A stretch of 64,000 bases of DNA from assembly GCF_000150275.1 (NCBI RefSeq), contig NW_002060951.1:2775-66774 (forward strand), read 5' to 3'. The notes under the pieces were generated by a model, which ran no database searches, was not told where the DNA came from, and saw only the letters and a program-made list of their open reading frames with translations. How positions within the stretch are numbered: the first letter of the stretch is position 1; each line of letters opens with the position of its first letter. This document shows, piece by piece, positions 15,001 through 29,547 of this stretch. The position numbers were made by a program, and so were the translations under genes. This DNA is from Trichoplax adhaerens. Lineage: Eukaryota > Animalia > Placozoa.

Positions 15001-15437
15001 ATCAAGGCAATCCGTATTCCGTTAGCGGTTGTAGTCCAATTTGTTCTAGTAATTATTGCTCTAACGATGGAACGTGCTATTATGAAAATAATCAACTTAA
15101 ATGTCGTTGTACGGGTGGATATAGTGGTGACAGATGTACTAATGCCTATGGATTAATTATTGGAATTTCAGTTGGATCTGTCGCAGGGGTAGTTTTAATC
15201 ATTGTTCTAGTCTATGTTTTCTTTTTACGGAAGCGGTCAACGAATAGAAAATTAACATTCAGAACTAGTAATCCAGGTTATAGTACTTCTATCAATTCAG
15301 TCTCTGGTGGCGATAACGTTGAATTGAATCTAATATCGTCTAGTAAATCGAACGAAACTAATGTGTATGAAAACCTTAATCTTTCTGACGAATTTGGTAT
15401 ATCTAGAAATCTGGATACATCTGACTCTAATCTGTAA
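1..15437 (+). CDS. Large single-pass receptor/mucin-like glycoprotein, 5' end outside window: (SRCR-EGFn)x4 - NIDO - AMOP - VWD - Ig/cadherin-like - ~15 EGF/cbEGF - SEA - 3 EGF - TM - cytoplasmic tail (MUC4/SUSD2-like core)
   Basis: Phase-1 GT-AG exons: <1-44 EGF, 163-495 SRCR, 1102-1215, 1441-1560, 1769->gap, 2881-3003, 3341-3454 EGF, 3798-4130 SRCR, 4626-4739, 5356-5469, 6185-6307, 6576-6689 EGF, 6817-7146 SRCR, 7680-7793, 8213-8326, 8530-8643, 9013-9129 EGF, 9295-9627 SRCR, 10011-10124 EGF. Then 10224-10351 (LYPYG) and terminal exon 10500-15437. Motifs: [17 protein letters not shown] (SRCR), [18 protein letters not shown] (NIDO), PCPCS...QRCCY (AMOP), [13 protein letters not shown] (VWD), DINEC cbEGF repeats, GFKSGSIVA (SEA), hydrophobic TM ~15153-15227. 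Confidence 0.92.
163..4130 (+). repeat. Near-identical duplicated SRCR exons 163-495 and 3798-4130
   Basis: 333-nt exons identical by eye except one synonymous change (T476 vs C4111); offset 3635 nt. Confidence 0.93.
1787..2554. other. Assembly gap (768 N) inside the SRCR/EGF repeat array
   Basis: Run of n; it interrupts an EGF exon starting at 1769 (AIIDYC). Confidence 1.
5045..5150 (+). pseudogene. Decayed EGF pseudo-exon (copy of exon 1441-1560)
   Basis: [23 protein letters not shown] then frameshift, deletion and stops. First Cys lost and donor degraded. Upstream intron still matches 1360-1440 (ctaaacttcgactca...ttattatag). Confidence 0.85.
13590..13823 (+). repeat. Tandem 117-nt cbEGF duplication inside terminal exon
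   Basis: 13590-13706 vs 13707-13823 differ at ~3 positions ([16 protein letters not shown]... / [16 protein letters not shown]...). Confidence 0.9.
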
Positions 15438-16569
15438 ACGATAGCTAACGAGGCGTGCTGGTGTAGAATTATTTCCGATAATTTATAGCAACGAAGAATT
15501 CGTTTCGTTTTTTGTCCAGGCTAAAGTTATTACAACTATAGGTATTTTTTGTTCTTGAAAATTGATACCGTACTAGTGTGCTTTTAAAATCACTAAACCG
15601 TAGGTATATGGACGCACGCAATAGTTGCCCTTGTATCATTACTAGCAGCCTTGATATACTCGTATCACAACTATCAGTTATAAGGACATCAGGGATTGCT
15701 CAACGTATTTTATCGAGTGTTAAAGTATTAGCATTAGACATTGCTTAACTAACGATAATTATTAAAATTTTAATCTCACCCTTTCTAATGTACTATGCTG
15801 ATGTAAGATTTTTACGTAGAATTATAGACCGATTCAATTGTTTCCCAAGTGCTTAGTATGTAGCCGTTATGACTACAAGAAATAAATAGCGTGATTCCAT
15901 ACTATATGTGTAGAGTTGTAACGAAATGGCATTTAACTACTTGTATATGAATATACACCGTTAAATCTGTTGAATGATATCGCATTAATATCAATCTGCT
16001 GCAATGGTCTTAAACTACGGTACTGTAGGTACTTTCTGCTCATCAGTACACGGTATAAAGTTATTGAACCTCTGACAGGTCTGTCAAATGGTAATGCTAT
16101 CTGTTAAATGAGCACATTATCGTAAACCGTCAGCAAAGCGACGGGAGTTTGCACTAGTACTTATTGTAAAACGGACGGTTAGCAATTACTGTTTCTACGA
16201 GACTACGACTACACACTGGGTACGTAAAAATGGACGGATAATTATTTATATATATAGTCAACATCCTGATAGTTATGATGTACGGTAGTATTGCTTGAGC
16301 ATGATTTCGTTCAGGAGTAGCAACTTGATACTTTACACTATTTTATTGTTTTTATATTTATTAAAATCATTTATATCATACTCGTATATAGCACATTGGC
16401 ATCGTCTTTAAATACTCTCTTACGTATTATCTTATTGTATGATTCTTTCAGCAGTATTTTACACTAATGTTCTTGAGCTCCTTAGTCACTGCCTAGCTTG
16501 ATTTGTCGAATCTAGTCGTATCGTCTTAGGACACGTAAGCGTTCTTGAGTGACGTTCTCGAAAAGCGTC

Positions 16570-16890
16570 ATTGCATCATATCAGATACTGTACTGTACAC
16601 TGAGTGTACAGTACAGTACAGTATGAATACTGTATACTGTACTGTACAGTACTGTTCTGTACAGTCTGATAGTATTCTACAGTACTGCACTGTGCTATTC
16701 TGTACTGTATACTGTAAACAGTCACAGTACAGTATTGTAGGTAAGTTGGATAAAATGACGTCATAAGGCCCTTTAGTGTACAGTACCTTAAAAGACTTAA
16801 TAGTTCAGTACAGTCATACAGTACTGGGTTTCACAGTACTGTAACAGTGACACTGTACCCTACATACTGTACTGTACAGTACAGTACAGT
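16570..16890. repeat. GTAC-centred 5-mer (TACAG/CTGTA) island upstream of SARAF
   Basis: tactgtactgtacactgagtgtacagtacagtacagta...; contains a perfect CRE palindrome TGACGTCA at 16756-16763. Confidence 0.85.
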
Positions 16891-17456
16891 ATAAATACCA
16901 TATCATTCAATAACGTCAAAACCATTTCAACCCTCTCAATCTAAGAAACACATTTGAAAATTGAATGTAGACAAATAGAATCAAATTTTTCCTAGATTCA
17001 AGTATTTCCTTGATTAGTAGTTCCTTGTAGAATACAAGAAGAGAAGAAATAGTGAAAGGGAAACCCTCTTTTGACGGCAATAGAAGAGATTCCAAGCCAC
17101 CGTACTGTATTCATACTATACATTTTACACTACTGATTTCTACGTCAAGATCTGTCAAACTTGATTTTTACTGCACGGTAGATACCGACGTACATTCACT
17201 CAAATCACAGCTAGGCGACGTAAGTTATGCTCAATCGTAAAGCTTATAATAATGACTACTCATTTCTTTTTTATTCATAACCTTAGTCTACGATTTCCTA
17301 CCACTTATCAATGTAGGAAGAATGATGTTGTGCAACCATGACTAACTTTGCTGTACGGATTGATCGCAAGGATTGATCTAATTAATTGGTGAAATTTTGT
17401 TGAATTATGATCGTCTTGTAGATAACATACGCGTACATATCAAAAGAACAATCACT

Positions 17457-20400
17457 ATGAAAACGCAAATACTATCGGCTGCCTTGATTATTCTACTGCT
17501 GAATTCTGTCCATCTTATCCAAGGTATCAAACGATTGGGCTTTATAGAAGTAACATGTTTCTGCTTTAGGCACAAAGTTTCAATATCCATGACTTTGTAG
17601 TTGTTCATGTTAGACAATTATAAGCGTAAACTAAAAATGATTAAAAACTTGATTATTTTCTCTCATACGTCTATGAGTATGCGATATTGTTTTAGTAGTC
17701 CCTGTTAATTATTGATCAATGTAGTCGTATAGTGAAAATAAAGCCATCTGTATACTCTACAGCGCGGCATACGTGGGCCTATCCCAAGGATTATAGTATC
17801 AATATTAAGTAAGTGTTTACCCTTTACTGACAGACTACAATACTACGGTCTGCAGCTACGGGGATAATTCTGCTTTTGGACCCTAATTCTCCTGCCGAAT
17901 TACAATCACTACTCTAGCGAGCATACTTTACACCCAGCGCTCCTAGCTTTTAACAACATTCAATCCATCACTTTATTCGCTACTATCTTGATGCAGTATT
18001 AAATAAATACTCGAAGTCTACAGTAATCGTCAGTGTCGCCTAGGCATTTGTAAACATTTTTAAATTTCATCCTTAATCACCGTATAAGTGTATGTCAACC
18101 CTGAAGGTATACGAGTGTTTTCACTAGAAATACTTGCTAGCGACATTGTTTTGATACTTGACGTAATAATTTCGCACAGTTTTAGATCTGTGCCATATCG
18201 CCTTTATCTTTAAAACAGACTAAAAATGAATCTTTGTTAATTTATCAATTCAGGCTACTCTCGTGATCGAGTGTTACTACGCGATGTGGAAGCCATCACA
18301 TTACATAGTGGTCGAATGACCACAGGTAGAAGATCCAGCCCTATACCACAGGTACGAATGTTCATATATCTACTTACTTTAGCTTCGATTTCAACTTTAA
18401 TAAATTCTATAGTCCATACTAACGTAATCTACAATTAGGATAGATTCTTTAGTATCAAGTTATTACCATACCATTATTGTTTATTGTACTGTATTCATAC
18501 TGCATTAACTGTAAATTAAAATCACTTCCTTGTGGGCAAATTAAAGACTTTACAGTTAGCATGCACTTACTTTCATGGTATCGTTAACGTGCTGTTTCTT
18601 GACTAAGTTAAATTGAGGACGAAATAATGTTTACTTGCTATAGATAACATGCGTTGGTGGTAGTGCCAGCCATAAATACCAACCCGATGTGATACAGTGT
18701 TATAATCGCGGATGGGACGGATCTGAAGTTCAAGTAATTTATTAACTGTAAACATCAATCATTTTTCTCTTCCAACATTTGGAATCTACTATATATATGC
18801 ATGTACTGTACAGTATATTAAGATTACATCTGCAGATACAGTATTTGCACTAATTTACACTACTGCATTATCTTTTGTAGTGGGAATGTAAAGCCAATCT
18901 TCCAAAAAAGTACCGACTGGGCGCTGTTCAGGTAGCCTGCGAAGGTTATGATTATCCAGACGACCCTTATATTTTGAAAGGTTCCTGCGGTGTAAGTTAA
19001 AACTGAATGGAAATTTTGTTGTTGGTAATATAATATAAAACAACCATATGCTTTCTTTCTTAGTAATACAATATGCATAGGTATATAATAATTTCTTCAA
19101 ATTTTGTATGTTAATATTATTTATACACATTATGTATATCGCTTGCTTTGCCAGTAAATACTGCACAATACATAATATTGATACAGTAGAGTATTGGAAT
19201 TGCATTACCGTACCAGCTGTTTGGTTTATATTACCGAAGATACATAATCTTTGCATTTGTTTATTAGGTCGAATATCGCCTAGAGTATGCATCTTCCAGT
19301 GGTTCATATAGCAATAACTATTATCGTAGCAAAAAGTAAGTATATCTGTCTATGCATATAACTACGATACACATATATGAAGACCTAATTTTCAATATCC
19401 TTCCATGGCATTACGTGTTAATAACAATTCAGTCGTCCATAAACACAAAATTTTAGATTAATGACATCAATATATTTGTAATAACAGCCGCCTGTGTTTT
19501 GCCATCATTACGAGTAAACTTTAAATATTAAGCTTTTGCTTGTACTTATGTCTATCTGTTGATTCTATAACTTAAGATGAACACATTATTAGTTGCTGTA
19601 CTCTGTGCTTTGCAGTGCTGTATAGAGCCCTATGTAGCATATTAAATTAATTAAATGTTGCTTGCATAGCAGTATATAATATTACTCCTTACCTTCGCAA
19701 ATTTTTTTATAATTTTAGTCCAATTTGCTGATATATTTATGTACAACGTAAACATAAATTACGAATATTTTTGATAATATCACTAACTGCACGAATTCTT
19801 TGTTGAAAAGAGGGGGAAGCTGGTTTGGAAACTTATTCATGATCGGTGTTTTGGTCTTTATATTCTATACAATTTATAACCGGTTTTCAAGTGCTAACCA
19901 CGAAAAATATCCATACTTAATCAGTCATACGAATTTAGCTTCTATTGATAATTTGATATGTTAAAATTACATTTCCTTAACATTTAATCACTACCCAACA
20001 TCATACTACCAATCCACCTCCTTATCACTCAGGCAATCGACCTGACCAGTCATATCCGTCTGCGTCGCCCCCACCTTATGGCTTTCGACCAGAATATCAA
20101 AACGGTAGTAATTTTATTAAAGCTAAGCTATATATATGTCTATATGTGAACACATATTGTGATGTAAAGCGATTTATTATCAGCAAGTAAACAATTATCC
20201 AATACTGTAATTACTGGATAAATGGATAATAAATTATTAATTTGTACTCCTCAAGATTGCTCACAAGGAAGAACTTCTACCGGCTATTCTGATACTAACC
20301 AAGCTAATCATGGTAACTTTTGGACAGGTAAACCAATCAATCCAATTTGATACCACAATTATCTTCGTATATGAATTTATACTGTCCGATATGCCAGCAG

Positions 20401-20968
20401 ACTTAAATAGAGTACTTGCATATGGAAAGAACATTGAATCAACTCATTTACCATTAACATAAAGATTATTCATTTAACGACTAAGCTTATACTCGTATTG
20501 TCAATTACAGGCGCCGCTGCAGGTGGCTTTTTAGGATACCTTTTTGGAAGCAGGTATTGCCTACGCTGAACTATGGAATGATTGAATAAAAGTATCCTAG
20601 GATACTTTCATATTATTTCCTTATTATAATGTAAAACGTTGTAATTCTTTCTGATCATAATTTTAGCAGAAGCCATCAAGCTGGCTATTACGACTCAAAC
20701 TACTACTCCCCCTCGCGTAGCTACTTTGGTCACGGTACTCATACCGTACATCATCATCACAATAATAGCAGTTCCTCAAGTCACGGTAGTCATACATCTT
20801 CAGGTTAGAATGTTGTTAACTTTTTTACAGCGTGAAGACGACTACGAACCATTTGCAAATACGGTCATGTTATATCTTTCAGAATAATTAGCATATGAAT
20901 TAATTCATTTAATTGTAATAATTTAAATGAAAAATGTTTCAGGTTTCGGAGGGACGAAGCGTCGCTAA
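17457..20968 (+). CDS. SARAF: Store-operated calcium entry-associated regulatory factor (TMEM66)
   Basis: Signal peptide exon 17457-17523; DRVLLRDVEAITLHSGRMTTGRRSSPIPQ (18254-18351); ITCVGG..IQCYNRGWDGSEVQ (18644-18733); WECKA..CEGYDYPDDPYILKGSCG (18881-18991); TM exon 19811-19906; PPPYGFRPEY; FWTGAAAGGFLGYLFGS; ends SGFGGTKRR*. Confidence 0.95.
19907..19991 (+). other. U12-type AT-AC intron in SARAF
   Basis: 5' ATATCCAT, branch TTCCTTAAC at 19973-19981, 3' ...aatcAC. Removal gives the in-frame join GAA AA|T ACC CAA; read-through hits TAA. Confidence 0.85.
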
Positions 20969-21039
20969 ATTGGACAAAATACGCGTACAACTGATGAACG
21001 CTATCCCAGCTACTAACGTGCCAACATATAAGGCAATTG

Positions 21040-21065
21040 TATATATATATATATATATATATATA
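21040..21065. repeat. (TA)n microsatellite in SARAF 3' region
   Basis: tatatatatatatatatatatatata. Confidence 0.9.
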
Positions 21066-22026
21066 AGTAAATAGGTCAGTGTATTATCGTATAATTTGGT
21101 AACTAGTCCCTATTTAGTGTAATTATTACATCGATTTTGTAAGTCTGAGCCATCTACAGTATGTTATTACGACGTAAAGGTACAATAATTATTCAACACT
21201 GTTTTCAAACTATGCATGGGTCCAGTATTTAAAGCATCTTAGCTTAATCTAGTTAAATAATGTCATTCGATTTTCGTTGGATCGTACATATCCTTAATCT
21301 CAAGCTGGTATTATTATTTGTCAGATCATTCCCAATTGAAAAAAATACGTACTTTATCGCTTGCTCACACTTATGGCTGTTGCAGTTAAAGTCGAAGTAC
21401 ACTACTCTCCATTTGTAAATTTTATAAAATTTCTTACCGGTTAAACTATTCTTGTTAATCTTATAGTCGTTTGGATTAACGCTTTCAAATAAATGAAAAT
21501 TTGAAATACCTACTGATAGCAGAATCATTGTTTATTCATTGAGTTACTGGACTACTATAAATAAGATTCTTCTGAATTATTTTCGTGAATATTTATAAAG
21601 ATTCAGAACGTTGGAACAGTACTGTGCAGCAAGAGTAATTAAAACTGGCCATACTGTATCAAATGAAACATGATATTCCATATTAGGAACTAGGAAGTTG
21701 CCAGTTACACCCACTGCTTACAATCGCTATATCGAATGTTTACTAGCGCAGTATATATTAATAATGTATATAATTGCAGTTTTACTATTGACACCTCCAT
21801 GGCGAAATCTATGGTTTCAAGTACTTAGCAGTCAATTATATCATACAAATGAGAGCAACAAACAAAGTACTCACAAACATCGTAGCTTTACCACTGATAA
21901 ATTGCCTAAAGACTATAATATAATTAGCATTCGTTCGAATATTGGATAAATGTGTAGCAAAGATCGTGGTAATGTAATTATGCTTTGATTACGAGTCACT
22001 TAGCTAAATAAAAACGTTAATTATAA

Positions 22027-25919
<3,893 letters not shown>

Positions 25920-28129
25920 ATTTGAAATATTTTGACTTTTGCATCGATATAGTGTCCGTTTCTAGCAAGAATTGCTGCGTAACGATACCACTATTCATTT
26001 TTACAAACGCTTAATTTAAAGTCCACGCTTAGCTTTACTTCACATTATAAGCTAATAGCTGTATCCATAGTAGATAATGTAAAAGTCTGTACAATGTTCA
26101 TTCATACAATCATCATTATCTATCGATATACGATATCACAAGCACCCATAAATGAATGTTGCATTGACTATTAATATAAAAGTCAATTGTTTTATAGTAC
26201 GTAATGTTGTCTATCAAGAAGTATTTTATTGATTGTATTAGTTCTGATTGTGCATTTGCATATAATAAAAATGTAATTGTACAATTAATTATTGGGCAAT
26301 ATCTTTGCATGATAATTTACTATCTTTTTTGTCTATTAAAGTACAGTATTGAATTGTATGAGATGGTGTATATTGCACAGATGGCAGAATGATAGTGTAA
26401 GCGTATAGTGGGGACTCATTACATTACACTACTGACATAGAACTTGTAGAAGATACAACTGTGCATGTGGACATTAACATTAACATGTTTAAAGTGGTAG
26501 TTTCTAGGAACTCTAGAATATAACTTGCATATGTAAGCCAGTTGCAAGTACGTGCAGTAGATGCATACAGTATATACTGTACTATATTATCAATGGTGGA
26601 GATATACTTTACAACTTTTCCTACCCGCTTTGCAGTAATCAGATATGATAGAAGCATATGCCTATCCAATCATATCTAGTGCAGTGTTTTATGCTCTATA
26701 CTACAGTACAGTGGTATTGCAGTAAATAATCTAGTATCATGTTATTCCTGTTGTAAAAATGCCATGTGATATAGAAAGTAATAATAAGCCAATGTCGATC
26801 TCTGCACTACCGGTTAACTGCAAAGACTTGAGAAAGATTTTCATGTATCTGTCAACGTCCTCGAAAAGTATCTCCAGACTTTAAAATATTTTCATCCATC
26901 TTTACAGTATGTATAACTAATCGTTGTTGCATCACTGGAATATTGGACAAGGTAAATTGTCAGGAACAAACGGCCATTCAATGAAAGTTCGAGGACATTC
27001 TACGCTTTTAACCCATCGTACGGCGCTTATCATACGCTTTTATCTTCAATACTAACCGCTAGTCGATAAGACATTGAAGTACAAACTAGGAACTCGAATA
27101 TCTATTTTCCGATCCAACCTACTATACTGCACGTAAACAAAACTTTATACGTCCGGCAAAACGATAGTGGTTTTGTTGGTGTAGAGTACAATACAAAAGT
27201 AGAGTACACCGGTGGCATCAACAATAAAAAGATTATTTCAAACTCCTATCAATAATATCACAATTATTGCTGCAATATTAATTGAATTACAGAGTTGTTG
27301 ATACCATTAAGATACTGCAAATCTTATATTGAGAAGAGACTACTGTCGGCTATCATTTCATTACACTTTCCACGATAATAGTGGTATGTGATAGTGCTAC
27401 TAGTCTGTCTATGGTCAATATGGTCAATCATCATTGCCCTCTTGCATATACAGAATTGATTGTTATTTATAGAGCAAAAGCAAAACACGAAATTCAAGCT
27501 TACGAGTTCTCTACTGTAGCAACTACCATACATTGCCATCATTTAGTCACATTGCATTGTTATTATCATTCATTGCTAGTCTGCTAATTGTGAATATTGT
27601 AGCCTAAATAGAAATGCTTCGTAGCCATTGTCAAGTTGTATATAAAGAATTTCTCATGGGTAGTCCATTTCTCATCATGTGCTTTACTAACGCTAATGAT
27701 GGAATAAGCACGGGTGATTGGCCACACGAGTCGTTCATATTATTTGATGTTGCCCCTCTTCCAAAAGAAATCTTATACGCTTGTACCTTACATTGAACTA
27801 ATTCAATCGACTAACTATCCACTGTACCGAAGCAGTGCACTACTTACCACACATCCAGGGAAAGAAATATGCTTGCTACATCGCAGTAAAGCAGCCATTG
27901 GATTCAAAGATCTTAATAGTGGTGATTATTAAGAAATGGTTGTTCAGTAGTTAATCAAGCTACAGTAATAAAATAGGATCTACCTTTCTGGATTACTGAT
28001 CGCTTACACTATAACAAACTGGTTGGAATTACGCTATATTGAAGAGATGAAATGAATTACTACCCACTGTTGCTGTACGTCTGAGAGTGTTTATCAATAC
28101 TGCAAGTCTTTTTTATTTACCTGTTAAAG

Positions 28130-28660
28130 CCTGTACCTGTACACTGTACAGTTCGATTAGCCAAGGGGGGTCCGGCAAGTTTTGCAGGGTCTGGCAGACT
28201 CTCTCACCTCACGACACAATTCGTCCAGTACAGTACTTCCCTACAGTAGATGTACTGTACAGTACTATACAGTACTGTGCGCGTACAGTACCTGTACTGA
28301 ACAGATACAGTACTGTACTGTACAGTACTATACTGTACGCGCGATTTTTTATCAGCTACAGTACAGCACGGTACAATACGGTACAGTACAGTACTTACTC
28401 GATGCCGCCCATACTGTACATTGTACTGTACCGTAGGATTCAGACGAAACCAAGAACTACAGTAGTACAGTACTGTACAATCTAATAGAGGATCTCTTAA
28501 ATACAGTATACTGTACGTACAGTACAGTGCAATGTACTGTACTGTATTTGCGGTTGCCACAACAATAATAAATTTCACTACTACAGTACAGCACGGTACT
28601 GGCGATACTGTCTGTAGTTCTACAGTTGTACAGTACAGTACTGTACAATAAGTGTACATA
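28130..28660. repeat. Large GTAC-centred 5-mer island between divergent OXCT1 and GPCR genes
   Basis: Dense cagtacagtac/gtactgtac runs on both strands; produces spurious YSTVLY/CTVQY ORFs. Confidence 0.9.
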
Positions 28661-28663
28661 CTG

Positions 28664-28705
28664 GACTCAGTCTGAGTCATGGATGACCATGACTCAGACT
28701 GAGTC
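28664..28705. promoter_or_regulatory. Perfect 19-bp inverted repeat with nested palindromes and two TGA(G/C)TCA AP-1-type sites
   Basis: GACTCAGTCTGAGTCATGG-atga-CCATGACTCAGACTGAGTC. The structure is certain; regulatory function is inferred. Confidence 0.6.
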
Positions 28706-29547
28706 GACAACTCTATATATAGGAAGTTGGCAACACAAAGGTTGATCACAAATTAAAGTAATTACAGCATTATTAGCCAATCTACGGTAAACAACAAGAA
28801 TAGAAATTAGTCCGCATTTAGTCCACTCATTACAGGAAAGATAAAGACCTCGTCCAAATACGGTGTCAAGGGCCAATTAAAAACTCGTATGAGTTGTTAC
28901 TTCAAATTCTGTATCCTCCCTGGGAATGCGAAGTTTATCTATTGTGTACTATGTATTTTGTAGTCTGTGCTCCTAGCGGGGGGAGGGAAACAAATGGATG
29001 AGTCGCTACGACGCGTGGCAGTAGAAAGTAGTACTGCACTGCATTACGGTATGGTAAGTAACATTGCATGCAGTAGTGTGGTAAATACCTGTAACCCATT
29101 CTAATTCATAACATACATACCAGCACAACAATGCATTAGCATCGTATCAAAATCACGGAGAAGAACTTGGAACAATCGTTGCACGTAGCGACTTCTTCTC
29201 TACTGAAACAATACAGACATTAGTAGATAATTATTTCAATTTCAATTTACGTTTTACGTCAATTCATAGCAACCCATTTAGAAAGAATTTTCTTTAGTGT
29301 TGAATTTGAAAAATATATCTTGCTGACGGTGAGTCAAATGGTGATGTACTTGAGTATTATTTTCCTATTGGTTTGATTGGCTTCTCTTTCGACAGGCAAA
29401 ATCCATTATACGCGCGTATCAATTCAATGGTGGGCCGAAATGACATTGGTCGACTTGTCGTTTTCTTATTTAACAACAGCATCCTTTCATAAATTGAGAC
29501 TATAATATCCAAACCTCACTGCAATTGAAGATTGATAATATTCCCTG

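Noticed and set aside
11113-15156. Alternative-frame and antisense ORFs within the large exon
   Set aside because: Expected shadows of a long Cys/Asn-rich CDS; no motifs.
16570-16890. GTAC islands as CRISPR arrays or MITEs
   Set aside because: No constant repeat-spacer structure, terminal inverted repeats or target-site duplications visible; eukaryotic context.
19395-19404. Perfect U12 donor-like ATATCCTTCC inside SARAF intron 5
   Set aside because: Using it would follow an immediate stop. ATATCCTT also occurs at other unrelated positions in this AT-rich window, so chance is likely.
26750-27930. Somewhat coding-like stretch upstream of OXCT1 (possible GPCR relic)
   Set aside because: No recognisable motif or sustained frame; may be OXCT1 5'UTR exons and introns.
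28087-28749. Overlapping ORFs on both strands (YSTVLY/CTVQY-rich); similar ones at 16545, 34365, 34716 and 48629
   Set aside because: Translations of the TACAG/CTGTA low-complexity islands; no protein-like signal.
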